Source: Octopus sinensis (taxonomy: Eukaryota). From it: a stretch of DNA of 64,000 bases. The stretch covers positions 151,094,001 to 151,158,000 of the forward strand of contig NC_042998.1 in NCBI RefSeq assembly GCF_006345805.1. The letters run 5' to 3'. The position numbers were made by a program, and so were the translations under genes. Below, in pieces: positions 14,460 through 27,787 of the stretch. The notes beneath the pieces were generated by a model. That model ran no database searches, was not told where the DNA came from, and was given only the letters and a program-made list of their open reading frames with translations. The first letter of the stretch is position 1; each line of letters opens with the position of its first letter.

Positions 14460-14790
14460 TAATCGAAGACTGTTTGATTTCATTATTTTTCTTCTTTTTG
14501 CCTATGTGAGTTACAAATATTGCTATCTGTGGAGATAGATTTTTGTAGAAAAAGGAAATAGCAGTCTTTTAGGTGCTATTTCTAAAATTTTCGGTTAAGC
14601 ACCTTGTTGCTAAACCCTTAATTATTGTTATAATTATATATAAAAGAAACTTTTTGTATAAGTTTTTACCGAATATGGTTCTTTTCCATACCGAAAACTA
14701 CTTGGTAAAATTTGTTAATTTTATTAAATTAATAATTTTTTTACCCTATATCTGTAAAGAATATATATATATATATATATATATATTCTG

Positions 14791-14971
14791 TATTTTAACG
14801 TGTGTGAGGAACCGTTCTTGTGTTAAAAAATTAGGTTAAAAATATGGAAATTTCTTATACATAGATAGTATTATAATCCCTTACAAAACCTTTTTCCAAA
14901 TTTTAAGTCCCCCACAACACACAAAAAAGGGGGCTCCTTATACACGAGGGTTCCTTATACACGTTAAAATA
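14791..14971. mobile_element. MITE with 23 bp TIRs (pogo/Tigger-like)
   Basis: tattttaacgtgtgtgaggaacc versus the reverse complement of ggttccttatacacgttaaaata, 2 mismatches. Confidence 0.7.
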
Positions 14972-15049
14972 GATATGTGTGTGTGTCCTTGTGACTGTCT
15001 TTGTCTCCCACTTTTATCTGATCAAATTTATCCTATGGTTGCTGAACTG

Positions 15050-15440
15050 TTTCCGGGGGGGGGGACACACAATCTTTCAGGATGATAATGCACCAATTCA
15101 CACAGCGAAAGTTGTTACTGAATGGCACGAGGAACATTCTAGTGAAGTTGAATATCTTATCTGGCCGCCACAGTTCCCAGATTTCAATATTATTGAACAT
15201 TTATGGTGCATTTTAGAAAACATGAAAGGAGTCGATATCCTCCACCATTATCGCTACAAGAACTGGAGACTGTTTTAGCTGAAGAATGGACAAAAATTCC
15301 TTTGGAAAAATTTCAAACTTTGTACGAGTCCATACCTCGTAGAATTGAAGCTGTAATTACTGCCAAAGGCGGTCTTACCCCATATTAAAATAAATTTGTT
15401 TGAAATTTTAAGGTGTTTCCATTATTTTGTCCAACCCCTG
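15050..15440 (+). pseudogene. Tc1-type transposase 3' remnant with right TIR
   Basis: FQDDNAPIH..WPPQFPDFNIIEHLW, frameshift, then ..YESIPRRIEAVITAKGGLTPY. Ends ..gtccaacccctg|TA. Confidence 0.85.
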
Positions 15441-15492
15441 TATATATGTATATATAACGTTGATAACGTATCCTTTTTATACTCTCTCTCTT

Positions 15493-15534
<42 letters not shown>

Positions 15535-15617
15535 ATAAATATATATATAAATATATATATATATATACGTATATGTGTATTTGAGTGTGTGTGTGTGTGT
15601 GCGTGTGTTTATGTGTG

Positions 15618-15651
<34 letters not shown>

Positions 15652-17919
15652 ATTGTGTAAGACAGATGAATGTTAATAAGGAATTTTATTTGATAATAAT
15701 TTTGTCTGGAATATTTCTGTAACATAAACAAAGTGGTAAATGGTGAGTTTCTGTAAATTATTCTTATTCGCGTCAGGAATGTTTTCAGGACCATTTATTT
15801 TTAATGTCAAAATTGTCATGTAGCGAGAAATATACAAATTTAAAATAATATCTTCATCTTAGAAGCACCAGGATTGACTGTAATAGTAACAGAAAGTTTT
15901 TGTAAAATGGTTTACCCACTTCAAAAATATGCAGTTTCAAGTTGTAGAAGAGACTATATTTCAACAATCGGAATAGGTTTAGAGTAAAAGAAACTGTTTT
16001 ACTAACTGAAGATTTTAGTAAACCTCTCACTAATTTCATTAAGTTTTTCTTTCTTCTGCCAGTGTTTTCATCTATATCGTTTTTTTTTTCATCGTACAGT
16101 CTGTTGATGTGTTTGGGACTGAAATACTCACGGTCACTATTTTTTCCTTTTTTCTTTTTTTGTTTTCGATGATGTGCATGTATATATTAAACTTTAATCA
16201 AAAATAAGAGACAAACTTTATTTTTCCTTAAGCTGCAACTACGATTTCAATAAATAAATTGATTCACTGTCTTTTATTCTTTTTCACCAAATAATATTTA
16301 AAAAATCATCGGCCTCTTATCTAAATTATGAAATCATAATAGATATATATAACTAATTTTGAAATTATAATAGATACATATCGAAATGTTCAAACGGAAT
16401 ATAGAGGAAAGGAAAAAAAAAGTCAAATATATTATCTTCTTTTAATTTTCAGTGTTGTACAATAATTATTGAAATTACGTTATAACAGTGAGCCTTTCAA
16501 ATCCTCGAAAAACTCTTTTGTTTCATTAAATACTTGAAATAATGTGGTGGACAGACAGAGAAACATGATTTTTATTAGAATCTAGATCTAAATATTTTGT
16601 TTGCCATAAAAGAGTATGAAAACTATAGGTAGAGGATCCAGCGTTGGAGTGGTTCCATAGTTCTGTGTATATTTGGATAAATTTGTATGCGTGCATCTGT
16701 GTTTGTTAGAATGCGTATCTATGCATGTGTTTTTATGTCTATGTTTACGTATGTGTATTTGAGTATATGTGTGTTTCACTATGTATGTGTTTGAATATGT
16801 ATTTGATTGTATGAATGCGCCTATTTCTTCATGTGTGTTTGTAATGTCTAACTGTCTGTCCGTATGATCACAGTCACCATCAGCATCACTCCATTACCAC
16901 CAACACTATTCTATCATCATTAACATCGCAATCACAGTCACGACCACGACCACCACCACAATCACCACTATCACCACGACTACCACTCTACAACCATAGA
17001 CACCATGACTAAAAACCACTACCACTGCCATCGCCACCACTACAGCTACCACCTCTACCACCGCCGCCGCCGCCTCTACTGCCGCCGCCATTACCATCAC
17101 AGACGCCGCCGGTCAAATTATGAACGTTTATTCACCTTTAAACATTGTCAATAAAATAAACGCTGTAAAGAGGAAAAAATGTTGCATCGGAGAAAGAGAG
17201 TGAGAGAGACAAAAAGAAGGGGAGAGAGGGAGAAGGAGAGCGCGTGGACAGCGAGATCCCATAATTATGACTACTTAGGGGAGATGTAATATCTGTATAG
17301 GGTGAGGGGAGAGGAAATGGGTAAGAAAGAACTGAAAATGGGTTGGTTTCTGGTTGGAAGTGGCGACTATAATGGATCATAAATGACGGTGGTTATGTCT
17401 CGACTTCTTTCACTGTCTCTCTAGCAATCAGTGAGTCACGTGATTGGTGCACACAGTCGCCCGCGATAGTCATAAAACTTAGTGCCATATTTATGATGGG
17501 TTTGTGTAGTAATTCGGTTGGCGAGTTCTTTGGCAACTTACCGATATAAGTGACAGATTCGCTGAGGAGATTACTACTACAACAACTATAAATTCATTGA
17601 ATGTTCGTCTGTGGTGGACGTCTATATATTGGTTGAGAATATATTGTTAGTTAACTGTAATTTAAAGCGCGTGTGTGTGTGTATGTATGAATGTATTTTT
17701 GTATCTATCTATATAACTCTCCCCCTCTCTCTCGCTCTCTCTCATTCACACTATATGTGTGTGTATGTGCAGAGAGAGAGAGAGAGCAATTAGACACATG
17801 TGTATACATATATATAAAAATATGCATACATATGTATATAATTGTGTATATCCATCTATCTACCCGAAACTGAGAAATAATTTGTGATTATTTTTTCCAT
17901 TTTAATAAAATAAGATAGA

Positions 17920-18076
<157 letters not shown>

Positions 18077-18282
18077 ATTTATATATGTATAGATATAGAT
18101 ATTATTACAGCTATAGATAGCTATATATTCCAGAGTGTGACAATTTTAAAGAATGTATGTCCTGTCACTTAAAATAAAGAACTCAAAGATAAGTTTGAGA
18201 GTGAATAAAAATACTTATTTCGTAACCATTTTGACCGACGAAATATATTATGTCTAACGCTTATATATAGAAATATATGCAT

Positions 18283-18440
18283 ACAGGTGCTGACGTGACT
18301 ATGTTCTAACAAGTATGTTTCCTACCCACATTCCGGTTCAGTCCAGTACGTGTTGCCTTGAGCAAGTGTCTCCCACAATAGTCTCGGGTTTACCAAAACC
18401 TTGTGAGATGATTTGGTAGACGGAAACTGAAAGAAGCTCA
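18283..18440 (+). mobile_element. Degenerate SINE family A, 5' part
   Basis: ccttgagcaagtgtc...aaaccttgtgagatgatttggtagacggaaactgaaagaagc. Confidence 0.65.
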
Positions 18441-18612
18441 TATATATATATATATATATATATTATGTGAAATAGAAAGATGAATAATCTTGTAGTAGAT
18501 TAATCAAAAGTTTAACCGATACCTTAGTAGCAAAAATCACAGCAGTAAACAGCACGGTTGGAGGTACAACCATCTGGCGTTGCAACCGTGCGTTGGTGCG
18601 GACAATTGAAAT

Positions 18613-18789
18613 TAAAACATTATTGTGAATTGAAGAAATGGAGCTGAACGCAGATTGAACAGAAATCGTTTTATTTCATTCTACACGTGTTTCGAAAGGC
18701 ACAAATTTGTGCCTTTCGAAACACGTGTAGAATGAAATAAAACGATTCTGTTCAATCTGCGTTCAGCTCCATTTCTTCAATTCACCAAT

Positions 18790-18798
<9 letters not shown>
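18613..18798. repeat. Spacerless 186 bp palindrome containing the HHR 3' half on both strands
   Basis: Centre ..ggcacaaa|tttgtgcc.. at 18705/18706; GAAAC-ACGT-GTA on each arm; followed by (AT)n. Confidence 0.9.
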
Positions 18799-18849
<51 letters not shown>

Positions 18850-18851
<2 letters not shown>

Positions 18852-19200
18852 TCTTGGCTTAACAGCCCTCACCGTTTGTTTTTACTGTTTTGTTCTCACT
18901 GTCCTGTTCTTGTTACCACTTTCACCCCCCGCAAAAAAATCTCAAATTTTATTTAATTTGATTTGCGGGAAGAACTGTTTCAGCGAAGTCGCGTATTGTC
19001 CTTGCCTTTGAACGCGGAGTAGATGAAACAGGGACAACTGAAGAAGGGGAATATTCTTTATGTTGCATGTCTCGCTTCTCTGTTTATATTTTTGTTTTAT
19101 GTTTTCGTTTCTCATTGTAGTTTACGTTTTTCTTTATGTCCTGTACCCATATATGCATGTATATATACATATATATGTAGGTATGTACATACATACATAC
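18850..19200 (+). mobile_element. PLE-derived short element (pLTR-like family P1)
   Basis: gcttaacagccctc...ccgcaaaaaaatctcaaattttatttaattt...ctgaagaagggga...tcctgtacccatatatgcatg is shared with copies at 24.2, 24.9-25.3, 31.2 (minus) and 46.0-46.4 kb. Confidence 0.6.
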
Positions 19201-19205
19201 ATATA

Positions 19206-19269
<64 letters not shown>

Positions 19270-19272
<3 letters not shown>

Positions 19273-19421
19273 TCATGCAATTCCACTTAATTGAACAATG
19301 CAATCGTTACATCAATTTAAAAGCAGAGCAATCTTCAGCTGCACAGATTGCTCTGCATTTTAAATTGATGTAATGATTGCATTGTTCAATTAAATGGAGT
19401 TGCATGAAGCGATCGTACTTC
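19270..19421. repeat. Foldback of a hammerhead-bearing element (HHR halves on opposite arms)
   Basis: Arms ~19272-19334 and 19345-19408. The minus strand has GCAG-CUGAAGA..GAAAC; the plus strand has GAAGC-GAUC-GUA-CUUC. Same family at 44660-44732. Confidence 0.8.
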
Positions 19422-19935
19422 ATTACCTCTGGATATCTTTGTTGCTTATTTTGATTTTAATCACCTTACTTTGAAATTGTATGGATAAAATACCATACTA
19501 AATTCTGGTGCCTCAACTTAGGTACCATATTCATCTGAATCTAAATTTTTGCTGAACTCATCTACCATACCCAAAGTATATATATATACATACATACGTT
19601 TTTGTAAGCTTGGTACTTGCTCTATGGGTCTTTTGTGCTGAACCGCACTATATATATATATATATATCTCTTATTATAATATATATCTAAATATATATAT
19701 ATATAATATAAATGATATATGAATATATTTATATATAAATTCAAATAAACAAACAATACAAATAAAAATAGAAACAACGAGCATGAAGACGTGCGCAAGA
19801 AATGTATTAGCTTGACGCTTCGGTGAAAGGAGAGAGTTTGGCGTTTCGAACATTGCTCTCCGTCGGAACGCAGAAAGGGAAAAGTCCAAAGATGGAGAAG
19901 AAATCGCAAACGACACACGTGTGTGTGATAGTGTG

Positions 19936-19978
<43 letters not shown>

Positions 19979-20172
19979 TCTATGCTTTCCCTCTACGACC
20001 TCTTGACAACTGGTGTTATCTCCATAATCTAGTGGTTCAGCACGAAAGACCCTTAGAGCAAGTACCAAGTTTACAAAAACAAATGGTGTGGTCGATTTGT
20101 TCGACTAAACCCTTCAAATAGGTACCCCAGGATAGACGAAGTCCAATGAGTGAAACAAGTAAAAGATAAAAG

Positions 20173-20215
<43 letters not shown>

Positions 20216-20219
<4 letters not shown>

Positions 20220-20615
20220 GGCAAAGATGTGTGGTGAGGAGATTGCTCCCCAATCACATGGTTCTGGGTTCAGGCCCACTGCGTGGCATCTTGGCAAATG
20301 TCTTCTACTCTAGCCTTGGACCAACCAAAGCCTTGTGAGTGGATTTGGTAAATGGAAACTGAAAGAAGCCCGTCGTATATATATGTATGTGTGTGTGTGT
20401 GTGTGTGTGCTTGTGTATCTCCCCCATCATCTCTTGACAACCGATGTTGGTGTGTTTACGTTCCCCGTAAACTACCGGTTCGGCAAAAGACACCGACGGA
20501 ATAAGTTCTATATTTACAAAGAATAAGTCCTGGAGTCGATTTGTTCGACTAAAGGTGGTGCTCCAGCATGGCCGCAGTCAAAAGACTGAAACAAGTAAAA
20601 GAATAAAAAATAAAA
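20216..20615 (+). mobile_element. SINE family A, near full length
   Basis: tRNA-like head, (AT)/(GT) middle, conserved tail. Confidence 0.85.
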
Positions 20616-20649
20616 GAATATACATATGTGTATATATATATATATATAT

Positions 20650-21186
20650 TAAGGTATGTAGAAAAATACAACATGGACAAGAACGTATAACTCATAGAAG
20701 ACGATACAATAAACATGGACAGGACATTCGAACCCCTCAGTCTTCAGTCAAGAACCGGATCATCGTAGTAATTTCGGCTGATTAATCTTGAGATTACTAG
20801 ATCACGGCCAGCCCTCCAAGAAAAACTAAGCTGGAAGCGTAGATTTCCTGGAAGAAGGATCGAATGCATACGAACACCAGGACAGCAAAAGGACAGATAT
20901 AAAAAAAACAAAAAACACAATAATGGAATACAGAAACATGAAATACAGAAGCATTAACGGTGAAAACAACAAGTGTCTTACCTGATAACAAGCAAACAAA
21001 TTTTTTCTCTGGCGCATTGGAAAAAGCCTTATAGCGGCGGACGAAGAACAACGATGTTAACACGACGAGGGTCAGGAGCTGAAAGGCAGATTTCGGCCAA
21101 CAGTCACGTGACAGAGAAGAGGGAAAAGAAAAAGAGAGAGAGAGAAAAGGGGGACAAAACGCATATATATATATATGTGTGTGTGT

Positions 21187-21217
<31 letters not shown>

Positions 21218-21223
21218 TTGTGT

Positions 21224-21261
<38 letters not shown>

Positions 21262-21301
21262 ATATATATATAGATAGATAGATAGATAGATAGATGATAG
21301 A

Positions 21302-21336
<35 letters not shown>

Positions 21337-21550
21337 TGTATTAAAAAATACAAACGGGGACAAGAACGCAAAACATTTAGAAGACGATACAAAAAACACG
21401 GACGGGACATTGGAAGCCTTCAATCTTCAGTCAAGAACCGGATCATCCTCGCAATTTCGGCTGATTAATCTTGAGATTGCTCCAATCTGGCCAGCCCCAA
21501 GGAAAAACTAAGCTAAGCGTATTAGATTCCTTGGAAGAAAACGACAGAAA
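20650..21550 (-). mobile_element. Two copies of a short PLE-type element (family P2) separated by microsatellites
   Basis: tcttcagtcaagaaccggatcatc..atttcggctgattaatcttgagatt at ~20741 and ~21424. Confidence 0.6.
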
Positions 21551-21615
21551 AACGGACGATGTTACACGAATATGAATATATATGTATCTCTCTCTCTCTC
21601 TCTCTCCTCTATATA

Positions 21616-21649
<34 letters not shown>

Positions 21650-22491
21650 TGTGTGTACGAGCATATGTACATAATTATTTGTACGTGCACGAACACACAT
21701 ACACACATAGTTAAATAGTTAAAAAACATTTTCAAACATGCATGATACAATACGCACCTACACATCCGAATGAATATACATATAAATATGTACGTACATA
21801 CTTACATTGATACATATAAATAAATACATACTCAGTATTTCTATGTATATATATATACATCGTGTATGTGTGTGAGAGTCTGTGTGTGTGCGTGTGTGTA
21901 ATGATAGACTTAGAACGTGACACCAAAGCGGACGTCGACTGGCTGACGGCATATATCGAGCGATAGAGTTCGTCTAACGAATTCAGGTCATCATAATGGC
22001 GCCCGCAATACGAAGGAAAATGTCTGGCTCAAGTTCGAATTGAGTGCGCTGTGGTGGCTTCTTTAGGTTTCCATGTGTCTCGAAAAGGTAAACAATCTTA
22101 CTGTACTCATCCCGCTTCCTCTGAGTTCAAATGGAACAATCTAGAAACATGATGCTAATAGCCATTCTCAAACTGCCCTGTTTAATGGTTAGGGGTTGCT
22201 GCTCTTTTCTAGTCTTTGCATGGGTGCGTATGTGTGTTACTGTGTGTTAGGGTGGGGGTGAGAAAAGGAAGGAGAGAGAGGGAGAAAGAGGGAGAGGGAG
22301 GGTGTAAGGCTACGCGTGGTTGTGTGTGTGTGTGTGTGTGTGTGTGCGTGCGCGAGTGTGTAGTGTATGTGTGAGTGTCTGTGTTTGAGCATGTGTGTGT
22401 GTGTGTGCGAGGAGAGAGAGTGAGAGTGTGTGCGTGCGTTTATGGTGCGTGGATGAGTGTACTGTCAGAGAGGAGGTGACTACCAACGCAT

Positions 22492-22528
<37 letters not shown>

Positions 22529-22545
22529 ACACACACACACATATA

Positions 22546-23654
22546 CAGGGTGCGTAAGATATTTGAGGACAGATTTATGTTTATAAAAAAACATAACAGA
22601 TAATAATTTTATCTATCAAAAAATGCTATGAGGATAAAATAAACCTTTTCTATAATGTTATTCAATAAAGCCCCCTTCAGCTTCAACAACTGATTCTATA
22701 TGCTCGAATTAAGTGATTCTAGTTCATTTTGGACATTACTCTGACTATGGCACCTTTCAAAGAAGCTTAGGTGATATGGGCGTATTCATTGAACTTTCTC
22801 TCAACAACACTCCACATGGATTGAGATCTGGGGAATTAGGAGGCCAAATGTTAGGGGTTATGTGATCATGAAAATTTTCAGCCATCCATTCCTGTGTTAC
22901 TAGAACCATGTGTATGGCCTTCCATTGCACTCAGTCTATCCAGGGCTTAACTAACAATTGTTTGCAGGACATCAATGTAGGAGGCAGATTAACTCTAAGG
23001 CTTTGTAGAAAGAAGTAAGGAGGCATCACATGTCCTTCATTGCTGGCAACCCCTAAAACCATGACAGTTGCATGAAATTTTGTATGCATAACACTTAGAA
23101 CTTCAGAAGGGTCTGCACATAACCATCTGTCATTTCTTCTGTTAACATTTAGATCTTGTTCAAAGTTTTCTCGTTTGAGAAAAACCAAATGAAATCTTCT
23201 GCTGGATTTTTCAGTTTGTTTAAGAATCTTTTAGATCTGATGTAGTGATCTTCTTTTGTTTTGTTTTTCCTGATAAGTTGACCTTTCCTCATCATATAAG
23301 ACTTATAATTGATGTCTTCGTGGACAACATTTCTGACTGTTCTTTCTGACACATGGAGATCTTTTGCAATTGACCTCATGGGCTGTTGAACTTGCTGGAT
23401 AAATTCAAATGTTCTGATGATTTCAGATACTGGTGATGCATTTCCAACTTTGTGGACGAAAGATCTGGCAACTTTGAAAAATCAAGATATTTCTAAATTG
23501 CTATGCTCAGCCTTTATAACCACAATAACAGCATGCTTCTTCATTTCTGACAGTCAGGCAATATTATTTTCTGAAACAAAGATTATACAGAATTAGCATT
23601 AAAATGTAGCAAGGACCCAAAAAAGGTATGTCTTCAAATGCCTTACGCACCCTG
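22546..23654 (-). mobile_element. Decayed Tc1/mariner element (possibly maT/DD37D-like) with both TIRs
   Basis: TIRs cagggtgcgtaagatatttgaggaca / tgtcttcaaatgccttacgcaccctg, TA flanks. Minus-strand peptides WFFSNEK, NDRW..VMVLGVASNEGHVMPPYFF, WPPNSPDLNP. Confidence 0.85.
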
Positions 23655-23664
23655 TATATATATT

Positions 23665-23995
23665 CTCTTTACTCTTTTATTCTTTTACTTGTTTCAGTCA
23701 TTTGACTGTGGCCATGGTGGAGCACCGCCTTTAGTCGAGTAAATCGTCCCCAGGACATATTCTTTGTAAGCTTAGTACTTGTTCTATCGGTCACTTTTGT
23801 TGAACCGCTAAGTTACGGTGACGTAAACACACCAGCATCGGTTGTCAAGCGATGTTGGGGAGACAAACACAGACACACAAACATATACACACAACGGGCT
23901 TCTTTCAGTTTCCGTCTACCAAATCAACTCACAAGGCTTAGGTCGACCCGAGCCTATAGTAGAAGACACTTGCCCAAGGTGCCACGCAGTGGGAC
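23665..23995 (-). mobile_element. SINE family A
   Basis: Reverse-complement match to the 20216 copy. Confidence 0.85.
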
Positions 23996-24229
23996 TCAAG
24001 GCTCAAAGGCCTTGAAGGCTCACAATGTTTCATACATACCTCGTATTATGGATTGCTAAGCCAGCAGTACATAATATATATATATATTTTTTCAGATGGC
24101 CAGTTAACCGAAGAGATGGTGTTGTGGATTTCCACCTCGGCATCCGAAACTCAGAGTTTTATCTTGGCTATTGAATAATTGTCATATATTATTTTACAGA
24201 TATATATATATATATATCACCGAAGTCGT

Positions 24230-25310
24230 GACTCCCCTTGACCATCGAAACGCGGAGTAGATGAAAGAGAGGCGACTGAAGAAGGGGAATTTTCCTTGTG
24301 TTGTATGTCCTGTACTCTATTTTTTCGTTGTTTAAGAAAAATGTCCATTTCCTTGGTTTTGTGTTTATGTTTTCGTTTCTCATTGTGTTCAAAGTTTTTT
24401 TGGTGTCCTGTACCCATATATGCATGTATATATACATGTAGAGGTAGGTACGTACATATATGTATGTATATATGCATATGTTTTATTTATTAATTTGTTA
24501 TTATATGACGGAACGCACGCATCCATTTCTAAGTAAGTTGGTTCTCAATATTAATAATGATGCGCACTCTTAACATTTCTATCCCCCTCCCTTTCTCAGC
24601 CTTCATTCTTTCTGGTTTCCGTTTCTTCTACCTTACTGTCTCTCCCCCTCTCTCTCTCTCATTCTTCATTCTTTCTGGTTTTCTCTACAACCATTCCCTT
24701 TTCCCCCCTCTCTCCTACTCCTCCTCTGCCCCATCGTTGACCAGCGACGAGATAACTACTGTCTTTCTGACCTCGCTTCCCTCGAGCGTAGACGGCTTTT
24801 CAATGTCTCTCTCTCTTTCTGCCGTTCTCAACAAGCGTTCGTAATATTTTCTCTCGTTTGGCTTAACAGCCCTCATTGTTTGTGTCACTGTTATTCTCCT
24901 TGCCCTGTCTTTTACTATTTATAATTTGTACTGTCTTTACTGTCCTGTTTTTGTTACCATTTTTACCTCTCCGCAAAAAAATCTCAAATTTTATTTAATT
25001 TGCTTTTTACGGGAAGGAATGTTTGACCGGAGTCGTGTCTCGCCTTGACCTTCGAAACGCGGAGTAGATGAAACAGAGGCGACTGAAGAAGGGGAATTTT
25101 CCTTGTGTTGTATGTCCTGTACTCTATTTTTTCGTTGTTTAAGAAAAATGTCCATTTCCTTGGTTTTGTGTTTATGTTTTCGTTTCTCATTGTGTTCGAC
25201 GTTTTTTTGGTGTCCTGTACCCATGTATGCATGTATATATACATGTAGATGTAAGTAATTACATATATGTATGTATATATGCATATGTTTTATTTATTAA
25301 TTTGTTACAT
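24230..25310 (+). mobile_element. Tandem copies of family P1 element
   Basis: 24241-24495 and 25051-25300 are nearly identical. Confidence 0.7.
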
Positions 25311-25319
25311 ATATATATG

Positions 25320-26522
25320 TTTCTTTATTAGCCACACAGGGCTGGACACAGAAGGGACAAATTACAAAGTAGAGCTTTTGGGGGAGGAAAAAATGGGGTA
25401 GGTTTTCTATGAAAAGGGATCGCAAAAAGGGAGGAAAAAAAGGAAAAAGGGGGAAGAAAAAAGGAAAAAGGGGGAAGAAAAAATGAAAAGAAAAAAACGA
25501 TCAATAGGGATCGTGTATCACAGAAATGTCATGATGTAAAGTGTAAAGGGGAAGCAGATAAGGTTTATCCATGGAAAGAAAAGCCTCCGGTAAAGACCAT
25601 GGTAACCTCGGTCATTAATGTCACATGTTAACACATTTGCAAGTAAGTAACTCTCTGTTTTAAATTTTTCCGGGTTCATAGGATTATGCTCAGGGTGGCT
25701 TCGTCATTCATACGTGCCATCCTTGCTACATTCATCCATCTTTTTTTTAAACATTCGCTAGACAAAACTTGCCTCTCTACTCTCACTTTCCTTTTCAAGT
25801 GATACTTGAAGAAGTTGATGAGAGATTGACCAGAGAGGAAAGTGTTTGTCTCTAATCCTTTCAGACACGTCCACCGAATGCATTCTTTTGAGATACATTC
25901 CCGTTTGAAGGAAGGAGGTGTGGCGATATTGACGATAGACCCGGCTGATAAACCGACTCGTCCCACACGTGACAGCAGTTGTTCGACATAAGCCCACAGG
26001 TCGGAAATGGTTGGACACTGCCCGAGTGCATGCAGAACGGTTTCGTCGCTCTGACCGCATCTCGGGCAGGTCGGCCTCGTGTTTCTCGAGCCGTGTCTGT
26101 AGAGCTTATCCCGAACGGGTAGAGCTTCTCGGTAGCACTGCCAGGCCAGGGATCTCTGGAAGTTGTCCATAGGTCCTGGCCCGAAAGTCGTCCTGAACAG
26201 GCGGGTCAGGTATTCCTCGTCGACGCCCAATTCGCCGCAAGCTCGTCGTCGTACCTCCCCTCCACTAATCCCCTATAGAATGCTTTGGTGGTGTTGAAGT
26301 CGCTCAAGGTCGACTCGGGACGGCAGAGTTGCTAGAGAGCAATGCGACACTCGCGGTGCCATTCGCCCTTCCTCGGCCTCTTTCTGATCCACGACTGCAG
26401 TTCGGTCATGGAGACGAGTTGCGGGGAAGTGTGCCTCACAAACGGCGATCACACCTGTTCACCGTCGTCTACATAGAGCCGGAGATGTCGCAGTCTCAGC
26501 GCGTGTCTGCGCATCATCAACC
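25320..26522 (-). pseudogene. 5'-truncated Tx1/L1-clade LINE (ORF2 C-terminus plus 3' UTR)
   Basis: WQCYREALPVRDKL..CPRCGQSDETVLHALGQCP (zf-RVT and CCHC region), polyA signal and A-tail. Close to the 50.2-51.7 kb copy. Confidence 0.9.
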
Positions 26523-27398
26523 TAAAGGTAAAGTCGACCACGGCGAAATTTGACCTCAGAACGTAAAGACAGAAATACTGTTACACATTCCGCCCGGCGC
26601 AACCACATGACGGAACATATTCCAACCAGGTCGGGTTTTAAACCAATTAAAGAGATTTATTCAAATTGGGCCCCGCGCCAAGAGAGTGCCCCGCACACAC
26701 GCTCGAACAGAGTTCACCATGATAAATTTTTAGGAATATCATCGTGACAAATGGTGGGGCCTCAAGCCCTCAGCACTTTTTGGTTGGGACTGGCATACTA
26801 CAAAAAGCATAAAACATTAAACTTCAGCTTTTGTAGAGTAGAGACACCCTACCACCACTGGCAATTCTCTAATTGGGTCCAGTACTTCCTAGCACCGGCC
26901 CTGTGCCCCACAGCTCCGTGTAACCGTCTGATTGAAGACTCCACAACAGAACCTGCAGTGATAAGGGATCAGACTGGGCATATTGCATTCTCTCCGCAGC
27001 CCACTTTCTGTATGTTCTCAGATTCTGGGAGTAATCACAGCGAAGACAGACGTGATGGTCAAATTAATACACCTTCTGTCTGCGAACGGCTGGAAAGACA
27101 CACCACTCTAGATGTGTATTACCAAACTGAACGAGATGGCAAGCGTATCTAGCGAAGAACTTATCTAAGTAATCAACTGAGGCGGTGCATTCTCCATCTG
27201 GGTTGTAAGATAATGACTGCAAACCTCACTACAGGTGTAAGAATGCATCGAAAAAACTGTAGTGGTTTTAGATAAAGAAATAAACATTGTAAATAAAGGA
27301 AGTCATTAATTCCATTTTCAGCAATTTGTCTGTTTATATAAATCTACGGAAACTATGGAGTTCGTGATGTATATTTACTAGCATGTGCATTTATACTA

Positions 27399-27787
27399 TA
27401 CTAGCAGTATCGCCCGGCGTTGGTCGGGTTTGTAAGGGAAATAACTATATAAGCATTTTTAGAGAGTTATAGCCAAAAAATAGCAAAAAAATGCATTAAA
27501 AATTATGGTAATTTTTTTTAAAATCGTTGACTCATCGTAGACATTTTTAGAGAGTTACTTCCCTTATATAATAGCCAAAAAAATGCATTAAAATGGAAAA
27601 AATTATGGAAATTTTTTTTTTTAATCGTAGACTCATCGTAGACGGGTGCTAATACCCAGAAGGGCTCGATATGAATCATGACTATAAGATGCCCGGTTTT
27701 GGTTAAACTGCACCGCAAAATGTGGGAGTAGTTAGGAATCTAAATCGTATGAGACAGACACACAACTTGACTTTTATATATAAAGAT
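27399..27787 (+). mobile_element. Non-autonomous Helitron/Helentron-like (DINE-1/HINE-like) element
   Basis: Begins tactagcagtatcgcccggcgttggtcggg, has an internal tandem duplication, ends cttttatatataaagat. Partial second copy at ~29462-29570. Confidence 0.55.

Noticed and set aside
26751-27152. 133 aa ORF in non-microsatellite sequence
   Set aside because: No motifs recognised; likely an old repeat.
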